Notes: a model not told the origin generated them from the letters alone. Positions 25,881-38,860 are shown, counted from the first letter of the stretch. The stretch: DNA of 64,000 nt from Mobula hypostoma (GCF_963921235.1 NC_086097.1:93250001-93314000); one strand, 5' to 3'. A program made the numbers and translations.

Positions 25881-26020
25881 CTCACATCAAAGTTGCTGGT
25901 GAACGCAGCAGGCCAGGCAGCATCTCTAGGAAGAGGTACAGTCGACGTTTCTGCTGTGTTCACCAGCAACTTTGATGTGTGTGGCTTGAATTTCCAGCAT
26001 CTGCAGATTTCCTCATGTTT
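25881..26020. mobile_element. 140-bp Penelope pLTR insertion with inverted 5' part and 11-bp TSD
   Basis: TSD aagtatatcta at 25870-25880 and 26021-26031; inverted arms 25883-25911 and 25951-25979 (28/29); nearly identical to 52040-52148. Confidence 0.9.
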
Positions 26021-26090
26021 AAGTATATCTATTGTTTTGTCTCTCATTATTCCCAACTATGGAAATATTGAGACATTCAAAGATTACTCC

Positions 26091-26920
26091 CAGGTTGACC
26101 ACTGATTTTCCGGCACCCTCAGTTCCTGAACCTTGCCAGATTCATGTTTTTGCCGGTTTAAAAGAAGTCACGCAGTAATAAAAGCAAAAATGGACTGTAG
26201 AAGCTAGTAAAGGATTATTAATTAAGCAAAAATTAAACGTAAATTTATTAATTACCATGCTTACAAAGGATGTTGCTTCTCGGTTATCTTTTTAAACATT
26301 TCATCCAGGCGAAGTTGTTTCATGTGTTTTGATCTCTTCCTGTGTAATTTTTCTTCCACCAAATAAAAATTCATTAGCTCTTGTTCTATCACAAAGGCAC
26401 ATTTCTCTAACCCTTTGATTAAGTTACCCAGCAACTCAATTAACTTGTCAATAGTAAATCTTACAGTTTCATCATCGTCACTGCCATCTTCATCACTCGC
26501 AGTGTTTTTATCAACATTCAGAGCACTGTCTATCATTTGCAAGTCTGTAAGTTGACACACAACAGGTGCTTCATCATCAACAATCATCCACTCTCATAAA
26601 CTTTCTTCATTAAGACTACTTGCTATATCTTTGAAAGCAGGTCGTGTAGCACTTCTTGCATACACAAGCAAATCATGAACAACTACTTTCTCCTTTGGTA
26701 CACAAAATCCGGTAAAATCATCGTCAAGGTTTTCTTCGGGCACATTATCAAACATCAAGGCAGGCCATAACTTATGCCAGCCATTCTTTAGTGTTGAAGG
26801 TTCTACCTTCTCCCACCCTCGAGCAATGAACCAAAGAACATCCTTCATGTTAAATTCTTTAATAAATGTCTGTATAGAATCGCCAGCAGACACCTCATCT
26901 AACAGATGTTTCATGAAAAG
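26091..26920 (-). mobile_element. Tigger/pogo (Jerky-like) DNA transposon, 3' part
   Basis: ORFs 26594-26914 and 26261-26587 in one frame split by a single stop: FIKEFNMKDVLWFIARGWEKVEPSTLKNGWHKLWP...KQLRLDEMFKK; candidate terminus caggttgaccac at 26091. Confidence 0.8.
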
Positions 26921-27354
26921 TAAGGGATACTTGGCATGTGAAAATAATCAACCAATTACCATTCACTTGCTGGAGACTATTTTATTCTCAGTCTTAGGTT
27001 CATTTCTACTCTCGATACCAAAAGCAGACAGTAAGAGCAGTCAATCTGTCTTGAAATCAGTTGCACTATTCAGCTGACTTATCTCTAAACACTATTTATC
27101 CACAACTGTTCTTCATGTTTAATGGTAAAAACACTCACTCTTGCTGTTGTTTTTACGTACATTTCAGTGTGAGTTCATTCTGATACTATTATAATTGTTA
27201 CCCCTAACATTACAAGTCAGAACAACCGCATTACTAGTGACAGATACAGAAGATGGAAATCAGTTTCGATCAAGGAAGGCCAATAAAGAGTTGAAAATAG
27301 CTCATCGCTAAACTGTAGCCTGGTGCCCATCAACACAGACAGTTTAAAATTCCT

Positions 27355-27722
27355 TCATTCATTCATTATGTGCGATGTTGTATGATGTGGGCGATCATGG
27401 TTTTTGAACATGATTGTTTTTGGCAATTTTTTCTTCAGAAGTGGTTTGCCATTGCCTTCTTCTGGGCAATATCTGTACCAGCCATTATCAATTCTTGAGA
27501 GACTGTCTGCTTGGTGTCAGTGGTCGCATAACCAAGACTCGTGATATGCACCAGCTGCTCATACAACCATCCACCACCTGCTCCCACAGCTTCATGTGAC
27601 CCTGATCGGTGGGGGGGGGGGGCTAAGCAGATGCAACACCTTACCCAAGGGTGACCTGCAGGCTAACGGAGGGAAGGAGCGCCTTACACCTCATTTGGTA
27701 GAGAAATATGTCCAACACACCC
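27355..27722 (-). mobile_element. SINE-like element with RTE-type 3' segment
   Basis: Minus strand agaaggcaatggcaaaccac (RTE/Bov-A-like motif) and (GAAT)n tail. Confidence 0.6.
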
Positions 27723-28975
27723 AGTAGTACTCACACCTATTGTGATGAAGTGCATTGAGAGATTGGTCATGGTTAGAATTAAGCCCTGCTTAGCAATGAC
27801 CTAGACCTACCGCCACATGAGTCTACAGCAGATACATCTCACTGGCTTTTCGCTTCACCTTGGACAAACTGGACAACAATAATACCTATCCCAGGATGCT
27901 GGCTGTTGATAACAGCTCAGCATTCAACACCATTATCCCCTCAGTACTAATCAAAACATTTAAAACCTGGGCCTCTGTACCTCCTTCTGCAATGGGATCA
28001 TCGACTAGCTCATCAGGAGAACCCAGTAAGTGGAATTGGAAATAACACCTCCTTGTTGACAATCAACACAGGTGCACCTCAAAGATGGCTATTTAAACTG
28101 CTGCTCTACTCCCTCCACACCCATGACTGAGTGATTGGACACAGAGCAAATGCCACCTATAAATTTGCCAATGACATAACTGTTGTTGGCAGAATCTCAG
28201 ATGATGACAAGCAGGCATGCAGGACTGAGAAAGGTCAGCTGGTTGAGTGGCGTCACAACAGCCTTGCACTCTACATCATTAAGAGCAAAGAATTGATTGC
28301 GGACTTCAGGAAGAGGAAGAGAACACATACCGATTCCCATTGAGTGGTCAGCAGTGGAAGGAGTGAGCCAGTTCAAGTTCCTGGGTATCAATATCTCAGA
28401 TCTATCCTGGGTCTAACATAATGATGCACTTATGAAGAAGGCACAGCAGTGGGTATACTTTGTTAGGAGTTTGAGAAGGTTTGGTATGTCACCAAAGACA
28501 CTACAAATTTCTAGATGTTTGTGGAGAGCATTCTGACTGGTTGCATCACCGTCTGGTATGGAGGCACCAAAGTACAGGATGGAAGAAGGTTGCAGAGGGT
28601 AAACACAGCCAGCTCCACCATGGACACTAGCCTCCCCACCATTGAGGACATCTTCCAAAGGTGGTGCCTCAACCAGAAGGCATCATCGGACCCTCATCAC
28701 CCAGGCCACGCTTTCTTCTCATTACTACCATCAGGGAGGAGGTAGAGGAGCCTGAAGGCAAACACTCAACAATTCGGGAACAGCTTCTTCCCCTCTGCCA
28801 TCAGATTTCTGAATGGACGTTGAACCCACTAGTCTACCCTCCTTTTGCACTACTTACTTAATTTTTAAAATATTTCTTTTTGTAACTTGCAGTATTTTTT
28901 ATGTATTGCACTGTGCCACTGCCACAGAATAACAAATTTCACGTCAGAGATAATAAACCTGATTCTAATTCTGAT
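27722..28975 (+). mobile_element. Rex1/Babar-type LINE, RT to 3' end, degenerate
   Basis: [54 protein letters not shown]; tail ctgattctaattctgatt. Confidence 0.85.
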
Positions 28976-29219
28976 TCCCTCTCTCTTCTTCAAAAATAGA
29001 GTTCTTTTATGTTCAACAGAGAGAGGAGACAAGGACTCTTATTTAAAATTCAGATAAATATTTGCATTAAAAAAGTGCAACCACCATCTCCAACTCAAAC
29101 CATGTAAAATTCAGTGTTTTTCTAAATGTAGCAATGAAGTAATAGTTTCAATTCAATGACTCAAAATGAAATCAAAATAACTCTGGTGAAATGTAAAATT
29201 AGCGTGCATATACATAGTA

Positions 29220-29860
29220 ATTTAGGATAGCTAATGTTATTTGCATAATCAAGAAGGGCTAAGCCAGTAAGACCAAACCAGGAAACTTTAGGCTGATGAG
29301 CTCTATGTCAATAGTAGGGAAACTGAGAAAAAAATTCTTGGGAAGGTAAGGACAGATTAGGTGGAGTTAGCTTGGTTTTGTGCATGGGAAATCCTACCTT
29401 ACTAATCTGATTGAAGTTTTTGAGGAGGTTACTTAAGAAATTTGATGAAGGCAAGGATGTAGACTTGATATACATGAACTTTAGCAAGACATCCGACAAA
29501 GTGCCACATGGTAGGCTCGTTCAGAAAGTTAGGGCATGTGGGATCCAAGGTGCCTTGGCAAATCAGTTCAAAACTGGCTTGGTGACGGGAGGCAGAGGGT
29601 AGTGGAGGAGAGTTTCTTTTCTGATTAGGAACCTGTAAGCAGTAGTGTTCCTCAGGGATCACAGCCATGAGCTTTATTGTTATAAATGACTGGGATAAGA
29701 AACACAAAGACTGGAAGAGTTGTCTAAATATACAGAAGGATGTAAATCAGCTGAAAAGTTGAGTGGAATGGTGACAGATGGAACTTAATCCAGACAAGTT
29801 TAATATATTTTGTGTCATCTAATACTGGTTGGACATGTACAATAAATGGTAGGGGCGTTA
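29220..29860 (+). mobile_element. Highly degenerate CR1 RT fragment
   Basis: DEGKDVDLIYMNFSKTSDKVPHGRLVQKVRACGIQG. Confidence 0.7.
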
Positions 29861-29929
29861 GAAGCAGTGGTTGGCCTCATCAGCACCAACGATGAGTACA
29901 GAGAGGAGGTTGAGAGATTTGTCAAATGG

Positions 29930-30752
29930 CACCAGTGAACAAGGATGACATCCTTGAGATGGTTCACAAAACTACTTCTTTTTCTTTCAAATGTGGTTCT
30001 GCTACTGATGGAGCCTGTGATCAACATTTCAGTGGTGTGTTTTTGGGCCGATTGTGAGATCTGGCACATTTCTATCTCTTGAGGAGATTCATTGAGGCTT
30101 CGAGTGAAGCGTGCAGTCTGCAGATCATGATTGACTCCATTTCTTGCCGATCTCACAAAGCATCAGGGGAGATTGAAATCATTGAGATTGAGAGCAGAAG
30201 GCAAGCAGGTGTTCAGCGCCATTGACCTGCGTGTGACTAGTCAATCTCTCCCTCTTGCCCACAGCTCCTGGTGAAGTGCCTGCATATGAATGATTTCTCT
30301 CCCTCCCTCTCACTCGATGCTGCTAAGGATGGTGCCAGAGTCCTGGATCTTGGGCAAGGTTTAATCGGTGCGGTTTAGGGATTGGATTTTGCAGTTCATA
30401 TTATGACATGTTTCTGCTTTCTAGTCGCACCTTTTAGTGCAATTTTGATGGGGACAGACTGACTCTACAGCCTGGAGTTAATGAACAACACAGTGCTAGA
30501 TTGAATGAACTTTCCGCTGCATTGAATATACCTGAGCTCTTTCAATGACTTTGCGGTTTGGTGTTTTTTATTCTGTCTTTTTCACTAGTTTTTTTTTCTG
30601 TTCACACGATTTTTTTTTCGCGCTGGGGGTTTGATGTTTTTCCTTGAATGTGTGCCATGGTTTTCTTTGTTTTGTGGCTGTCCTTGGGAAGACAAATCTC
30701 AGGTTTTTATACTGCATACATACTCTGATAATAAATCTACTTTGAATCTTTG
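29930..30752 (+). mobile_element. 823-bp non-coding, non-autonomous retroelement with 6-bp TSD
   Basis: TSD aaatgg at 29924-29929 and 30753-30758; ends aataaatctactttgaatctttg. Confidence 0.75.
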
Positions 30753-31015
30753 AAATGGTGTGAGAACAACAACCTGAGTTTCAACATGGACAAGACACAA
30801 GATATGACTGTGGATTTCAGGAAGGCACAGGTCAACCACTCTGCATTGCACATCAATGGCTCTGTTGTGGTGAGAGTGAAGAGCACAAAGTTACTTGGTG
30901 TGCACATAGCAGATGATCTAACCTGGACCCAGAGCACTTCCTCACTAGTCAGGAAGCACAGCAGCATCTATCTGTACGCTGTCTGGGAAGACTGAGGCAT
31001 GCCAGGCTTCCTGCT

Positions 31016-31536
31016 TGTCAGTACCTCCAGTTGAACTTTGTCTTTTTGTGTGTTTCCCCCTAGCTGTCAGTCTGTGATTTTGTATTACCATGTGCTCTTG
31101 TTTGTTTTCATGCCCCATGTGCTCCTGTCCCCGCTCCTGCTCTGCTCCGGCCCCTGTATTACTGAGTACTCCACCTCTCACCGGTTTCTCACTATTACCT
31201 GTATTGCTGCCACTTGTGTCTCATTGTGCTCCACCTATCATCTGCCTCTCTGTTTATTGCTCAGTGTATTTCAGTCCTGTGTTTTCACCTGTTCGTTGCC
31301 AGATTGTGCCAGTGAATTTTCCTGAGCCTTTCCAGCATTCGTATCTGTACTCTGTCTGTCTGAATATCGACTCTGCTTGTTTCCTGATCCTGGCTTTTGG
31401 ATTTCTCTGGATGTTTTGATCTCTGCCTGAACTTTGACGCCGACTTTGTTTGCACCTCGGGATTTGTTACTTAATTAATATCACTGCGTGCACAATACTT
31501 GGTCTGCGACTGGATCCCTGCTCTAGCATCCTAACA
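31016..31536 (+). mobile_element. Solo LTR, 521 bp, with perfect 5-bp TSD
   Basis: Ends TGTCA...TAACA; TSD ctgct at 31011-31015 and 31537-31541. Confidence 0.9.
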
Positions 31537-32114
31537 CTGCTCCGATCTAACTACCCTCTACAGGAGGCCCACTGACAGCGTCCTGTCTGGCTACATCATT
31601 GAGTGGTATAGAGGCACAAGACTTGGCACTGCAGAACCCTACTGAGCATAATAAAAATGGTCGAGAGGATCACGGGGGGCTTCCCTTCCCCCCACTTTTT
31701 GACATTTACTGGGAGCGTTGCAGATGAAAGGCCCAAAACATTATTGAGGTTCCCCACCACTCATCCCACAATCTCTTTGATCCACTACCATCAGGAAGAA
31801 GGTACAAGAGCATCAGGACTAGGACTATCAGACTGGGTAACAGAACCTTCCCTCAGGCTGTGAGACTCATGAATACCCTGCCACCACTGAGGTCTCATCA
31901 CCAGGACAGTGAGCTGTTTACTGTTTACCCGTGTTGTGCACTACATGCATTTTAAATTATATTTTATTAACTTATTTGAGGTAATATTTTGATTTATATC
32001 AAAATTAGGTTTAATATCACCGCTATATGTCGTGATATTTGTTAACTTTGCAGCAACAGTATAATACATAATAATGGAGAAAAAACATGAATTACAGTCA
32101 GTGTATATATACTT

Positions 32115-32660
32115 CACTTGGCCTCACTTGTGGTATTGTGAACAGTTGTGGGCCCCTTAGAAAGGATGTGCTGAAACTGGACAGGGTTCAAAGAAAGCTC
32201 ACAAAAATGATTCCAGGATTGAATGACTTGTCATATGAAGGGTGTTTGATGGCTCCAGGCCTGCAAGAATTCAGAAGAATGAGGGGTGACCACATTGAAA
32301 CCTATCGAATAGTGAAAGGCCTTGATAGAGTGGATGTGGAGAGAATATTTCCTTTGGTGGGAGAGTCTAAGACCAGAGGACCCAGCCTCAGAATAGAGGG
32401 GTGTCCTTTTAGAATAGAGATGAGGAGGAATTTCTTTAGCCAATCTATGAAATTCTTTGCCACAGGCAGCTGTGGAGGCCAAGTCTTTACGTATATTTAA
32501 GGCAGAGGTTGATAGATTATTGGTTGGTCAGGGCATGAAGGGATATGGAGAAAAGGCAGGAGATCGGGGCTGAGAGGAAAATTGGTTCAGCCATGATGAA
32601 ATAGCGGAGAAGACTTGATGGGCCAAATGGCCTAATTCTGCTCCTTTTTCTTATGGTCTA
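32115..32660 (+). mobile_element. CR1 3' fragment nested in the Rex1/Babar 3' UTR
   Basis: ORF 32087-32500 (RRMRGDHIETYRIVKGLDRVDVER); tail tcttatggtcta. Confidence 0.85.
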
Positions 32661-33474
32661 AAAGAAATAGTGATGTTGTGTTCATCATTTCAATGTTCAC
32701 TCAGAAATCTGATGGTAGGGGGGACGAAACTGTTCCTGAATCATTCAGACATCTGTAACTCCCTCTCTGAGAAGAGAGCATGACCTGGGTGATGGGTGTC
32801 CTTAATGATGGATGCCACCTTTTTGAAGCATTGCTCCTTGAAGGTGTCTTAGATACAATAGAGACAACCACCTACGATGGAGCTGACTACATGTACAACT
32901 CTCTGCAACTTACATCGATCCTGTGCAGTAGCACCCCACCCCGACCCCCATACCAAGACGAGGATATAGCCAGTTAGAAAGCTCTCCATGGAACATGAGT
33001 AGAAGTTTTCGAGTATTTTAGGAGACAAACTAAATCTCCTCCAACTCCTAATGAAATATAGCCACTATCATGCCTTCTTTGTAGCTGCGTCGATATGCTT
33101 GGTCCAGGTTAGACCCTCAGAGATCTTGACACCCAGGAACTTGAAATTGAACACTTCTGATCCCTTTATGAGGATTGGTTTGTGTTCCCTTGACTTACTG
33201 AAGTCCACAATCAGTTCATTGGTCTTAATGATGTTGAGTGCCAGGTTGTTGCTACGACACCACTGAACTAGCTGGTATATCTTGCTCCTGTACGCCCTCT
33301 GAATGGTTGGCAACAAATTCATAGACTGCTTAGCCACACAGTCACGGGTGTAGAGAGTAGAGCAGTGGATTAAGCATGCATCCCTAGGGTGCATCAGTGC
33401 TGATTGTGAGAGAGGTGGAGATGTTATTTCCAATCCACACAGATTATGGAATATTGAATTATGAATTATCCACT

Positions 33475-35672
33475 CACGGCTGGATTAAGCTAGTGCGGGG
33501 CCTATAGCATATGTTATAAAGGGGCCCTAAATTTAAAAAATGCACATAAGTATTGAAACATAAATTATTTACTTGCATAGTAAAGTAATTCAATTTTTTC
33601 ATTTGCTATACAGCCAGATAATACGACAAATGTCTGACACTTCAGTAATAGTATTAATTACATGTAGGTATCAATTTCAAATGTCAAAAGTAACAAAACT
33701 ACAAATTAAAAGTTAGATTTTCTAGATTTAGCTTGAGCAAATTTGTTGATGATACTGGAAATGTCTATTTCACGTAGAAGTTCATGTTCAATGCTCATTC
33801 AAGTGAGATTATTCAATCTGTTTTGACCCATGGTGCTCCTTAGTTCATTCTTAATCCTTTTCAGTTTTGAAAATGAGCGTTCTCCACTGCAGTTGGTAAC
33901 CATGAGTGACAAATAGATGCGCAGGGCACTTTCTACATTTGGAAAACATGACTCCAAAGAATTGTCAGTTATCAAAGGGTACAACTGTAACTCTACAAGG
34001 TCTTGTTTTGTCCCAATATGAGAAGCATTAGGACCACGACACAGCAAGGAGCAACAGACGCCTGCACACACATACTGTACCATGCAGCATGCAGCTCCCC
34101 CAACGTGAAAACAACAGCGTTGCCAGATCATCGTTGTTGTGGCATGGATAAAATCACAGAGCGTTGCGTTACCGGTAGGTACAAGGCAGTTTCTTTATTC
34201 GACAAAACAAGGTTACAGCAGGCAGAGACCCCTGGCAGAACAGGTCTAACCGCCTTGTGATTGAGGCTCGATATTTATTTGCTAAATACAGAGGACAGTT
34301 CATAGTTACAAGTATAGACAATTCTTTGAAGTTTTCACATCTTTTGATTAAATTCATTCTACCAGCGCCAGTATGCCTAAACTGACATTCATGGCCTTTA
34401 GGAATGCAAGTTAAAATCCATAATACATTATTTGTTATGTTACGTGCTAACATAGAGGATAATTCATATTCAAAAAGCATAGATATGGTGTCTTTGCAAC
34501 TACTGTACCTGTAAACTTAGCATTCTTGTCTCAGAGGTGCCAGAGATGCATTGTTACAAATGAAACTGGGTTCACAGCTTTTAGGAAATGCATTGTTTGT
34601 CACAAGTGCAGAGCAAGGGTGGACCCAAATGCAGGACCCAAACACGTTTTGTAGGGTTAACTAAATAGAGTTTACTACTAGTTACAAGGAAAGCCATGAC
34701 ACAAGGATAGAACAGAGAGAAATCAAGGAGAGAGCAAAGTGGAAGCGGGAATAAGCGTAATGGACTAGGACTCAGGATCTGGACTAGGTACTAGGACCTC
34801 GGAGCCTGGGCTCGATACTTGAACCTTGGAGCTTGGACTTGAACCATGAAACTTGGACTTGGACACGAAGAGATAGTTCCCAACTCAGGCTAGCAGCAAA
34901 CGGCCGGGCCTACCCTGTGGAGGCAAGGACAAGAAACACTGAGCCAGCGCTCCTCCTTGGACACAGGAAGGAGTCGGGACTCTTTTTGACACAGGGTCAG
35001 GACCCCTTTTCGACACAGGATATGGAGACGGAGACCACACAACGATAGACAGTACTTTATCTGGACACAAGTATGCTCCAAGCAGCGGTGAGCTCTTGAC
35101 TCACCCCGGCAGATTAACTTTGACGGACTCGCTCTGGCAAGGGAAAGCGGCTTGCTGGCACTTGCCTCAGAGAGGAAACTTAGCTTGCTCCGGCAAGAAA
35201 CTTAGTTGGCTCTGGCAAGATGACTTTGATTCACAGTAGCTTCGGTGACTTCGTTAACGCTGTCATGCCGAACGGCTGAAAGCGGAGACTTATAAACTAC
35301 CGGTTCAGTTGAGAGTAAATTGCCTTTAATTACCAAGCCCGAGGGACACGGGAAAACAGGGAATTAAAGGGAAACAAGGAGTCAACGGTCCAGATTGTAA
35401 CACAAACAAAGGAAATTTAAAGAGAACCCGATCCGGACCATGATATTGCTATGAACTCAATCCACAGTACTTTGTCAAAGAACAGAAGACTGATGGCTGA
35501 GGTCATTTATTTAAGTGTAAGTGAATCGTCTACCCGAAACTCACTCTTAACAGTTGTGAGAATACAGTGAGAATGTGAGATGCCGATTTCACCAGACTGC
35601 ATCTTGCAAGCATTTAGTGCGGGCGGGGCCCGTAGCATATGTTACTTTTGCTACTAGGTTAATCCGGCCCTG
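33475..35672 (-). mobile_element. Internally deleted hAT DNA transposon with both TIRs
   Basis: TIRs cacggctggattaagctagt (33475-33494) and actaggttaatccggccctg (35653-35672), 17/20; hATC dimerisation remnant FPNVESALRIYLSLMVTNCSGERSFSKLKRIKNELRSTMGQNRLNNL (33799-33975). Confidence 0.9.
34598..35445 (-). mobile_element. Solo LTR, 848 bp, nested in the hAT element
   Basis: Ends TGTCA...TGATA; flanks ttgtt and ttgct (4/5 TSD); TATA-like and AGTAAA signals on the minus strand; short internal ggact repeats. Confidence 0.75.
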
Positions 35673-37859
35673 GGTCCAGTACCTCCCTCTGCAACTGGAC
35701 CCAGTCTTCTAGTTAGGAAGTTGAGGGCCCAGTTGCAGAGGGAGGTACAGAGGCCTAGATTCTGGAGTTTTTCGATCAGAACTATGGGAATGATGGAGTT
35801 GAACACTGAGCTGTAATCAATAAACAGCATCCTGACATAGATATTAGTATTTTCTGGGTAATCCAAGGCCACATCCGCCATAGACCTATTGTGATGATAA
35901 GCAAATTGCAGTGGATCCCGGTCTGTGCAGATACAGGAGTTAATTCTAGCCATAACCAACCTCTCAAAGCACTTCAGCACTGTAGCTGTAAGTGCTATTG
36001 GACGATAGTCATTAAGGCAATTCACCCTCCTCTTCTTGGCCATTGGTATAATTGTTGCCCTTTTGAAGCAGGTGGGAACTTCCAACTTTAGCAATAGGAG
36101 ATTGAAAATATGTTTGAACACACCCACCGGTTGATTGGCACAAGTTTCCAGAGCCTTACCGGGTACTCCATCGTGGCCTGTCGCCTTGCGAGGGTTCACC
36201 CTCCTGAAAGACAGCCTGTCATTGGTCTCCGAGACAGAGATCACAGGGTCACTGGGTTCTGCAGGGATCCTCATTGCTGTAGTTTTATTCTCCCTTTCAA
36301 AGTGAGCATAAGAGGTGTTGAGCTCATCTGGGAGTGAAACATCACTGCCTATCATGATGTTGGGTTTGCTTGTAGGAAGTAATGTCCTGCAAACCCTGGC
36401 AGAATTGGCATGCATCCAATGTTGCCTCTGACCTCGATCAGAATTGTTGCTTATCTTTTGAAATAGCTTTGTTGTTGAAATGGCAAGTTGTACCTGTTTT
36501 TTTCTGTACAGATCTGGGTTGCCAGACTTAACTGTCATAGATCTCGCCCTCAGCAGACTATGAACCGTCTAGTTCATCCATGGCTTTTGATTTGGGTATG
36601 TACAGTAAGTCATTACAGGTATGCACTCATCCATACAAGTTTTAATGAAGTCAGTGACAACTGTGGTATACTGATTCAGACTCGAAGATGAATCCCTGAA
36701 TACAGTCCAGGGCTCCAATTCAAAGCAGTCCTGTAGGCGCTTCTGTGCTTCCCTTATCCATACCCTCTTGGTCCTCATTACTGGTGCTGCAGTCTTCAGT
36801 CTCTGCCTATACTCAGGGAGTGGCAGTACGGCCAGGTGATCAGACTTCCCAAAGTGTGATGTGGGATAGCACAGTAAGCGCTCTTGATGGTGGTGTGTAA
36901 CAGTGGTCCAGTGTGTTGGTTCCTCTGGTGTTACAAGTGATTTGTTGGTAATAATTATGTAGAGACCTTTTCAAGCTGACCTGGTTAAAATCCCCCAAAA
37001 TGATGGGGAAGGAAGGCATCAGGATGTGCTCTTTCATGCCTGATGATTACCTCGCTCAGTTCATCTGGAGCCTATTTTACTCCGGCCTGAGGTGGGATGT
37101 ACACTGCTTCCAAGATGATTGCTGAAATCTCCCGCAGCAAATAAAATGGACAATACTTGATGCGAGGTGTTCCAAATGGTGTAAACAGGACTGGAACAGA
37201 ACCACAAAGTTTGTACATCATGAGGAGTTGATCACGAAGCATACTCCTTCTCCTCCACCCGTGAAAGCTTCAACGGACCTATCTTGGCGGTGTATTGTAA
37301 GCCCATCAATCTGAATCACTGTCTGGAACAGAAGGGATTAACCAAAATTCCGTGAAACAAAGAACTCAACTGGTCCTAATGTCCCTCTGGTACAGCACTC
37401 TGGCTCTGAGATCTTCAACTTTATTTACCAGAGACTGTAAGTTTGCCAGCAAGATGGCTGGTAATGGCAGTTGAAAGCAGCACCTCCTTAGACAAACTTT
37501 TAACCAGCTCAACATCCCTCCTTCCACTGTCTTAAAGGGGAACCACGACCAGAGTCCATCCGAGTTCTGTCAATTTTAAGTAGTGATAGATTTTGTAACT
37601 GCATTAAAGTGATGGTACTAACTGTACAGACTTCAGATGTAGTTGTGGTTCTCAGCTGTAGCGGACTGCAACAGGAGTATTTGATGGTTTCCACTGGAGC
37701 TGCTCACACGAGTCACCTTTCCAGGTGCCGCCCCAGAAGGGGCCATGTGGGTTACACATTTGTGGGTGCACCACAGTCTGGAGGAACTTTGTTTCATTTG
37801 GTTGTATATATGTACAGTCAGATGACTATAAACTTGAACTTGATATAGAGAGGAATCTG

Positions 37860-38510
37860 CAGTGCAAGTTCACAGCTCCCAGAAAATGGTGACATAGAGT
37901 AGTAAGGGAATTCAGCTCACTTTTCATTACTGGCATGGATGTTTAGCACAGGAACTAGGCCATTGTGTCACAGCTAAACAAGACATAAATTAGATCACTT
38001 AGAGTATTGTGTGTAATTCGGGTTAGGATCACCAGACTACGTGGTAGCACTAGAAGGACTGCAGAAGACATTCACTAGGACGTTGCCTGGAATGAAAATC
38101 TTTATTGACAAGGAGAGATGGAATAGGCTGGGGTTGCTCTCACTGGAGCACAGAAGGCTAAGGGGTGACCTTATAGAAGTTTATAAAATTATATACACAG
38201 TAGATAACAGCAATCTTTTTTCCCTGGGTAGGGGAGTCAAAAACTAGACTCGTAGTTTTAAGGTGAGAGGGGAAAGATTTAAAGGAGGTTTGCGGAGGAA
38301 GTTTTTCACACTGAGGATGTGGGACAAGCAAGCAGAGGAGGTGGTTGATAACAGGTAGAGATTTGATTTACAAGGTTTAAAAAGCATTTGGACAGATAAA
38401 TGGAAAGGAAAGGAATAGGGTGATGTGGGCCAAATTCAGGAAAATGGGATGATTGTAGATAGGCATTGATAAGTTGGGCTGAAGGACATTTCTGTCCTGT
38501 ATAGCTCCGT
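37860..38510 (+). mobile_element. Degenerate CR1 3' fragment
   Basis: LSLEHRRLRGDLIEVYKI. Confidence 0.75.
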
Positions 38511-38860
38511 AACTTTACATTAGGAAGATATCCAAAGGTGTTTTGTAGAGGAACTGCCTGACTTTGATGGAAAAGCTATAATTTTATTTAACTAAAGATT
38601 AAATTCAGACACATCGAAGGACAGAAATTATTTAACTTAAATACAGCTATCCTCTGTTCCACTGTCCTCTAATTAACAAAAAAAGTAGAATGGTTCATTA
38701 AGCAACCATACTTCCCGGGAAAGGCTACCACTCCCCCTCATCTAACCTAATTAACATGTCCTTCTACTTCCTCCCCTCCACTTCAGCCCCTAGGTTTCCT
38801 CTTTTCACACTGTTCACCTCAGCCACTCTTCCTGACGGCCAGTTGTCCCATTCTCTAGAA

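Larger units (their letters stand above)
29865..31990 (+). mobile_element. Rex1/Babar-type LINE 3' part hosting two insertions
   Basis: EYREEVERFVKW (29895-29929) continues as KWCENNNLSFNMDKTQDMTVDFRK at 30753. Confidence 0.75.
31998..37735 (-). mobile_element. Near-full-length Rex1/Babar-type LINE hosting CR1, hAT and LTR insertions
   Basis: APE region 36840-37470 (IILGDFNQ, TLDHCY); RT ORF 35654-36538 (LNDYRPIALT, DPLQFAY, YVRMLFIDYSS); continues 33449-32660; 3' tail near 32000. Confidence 0.85.
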
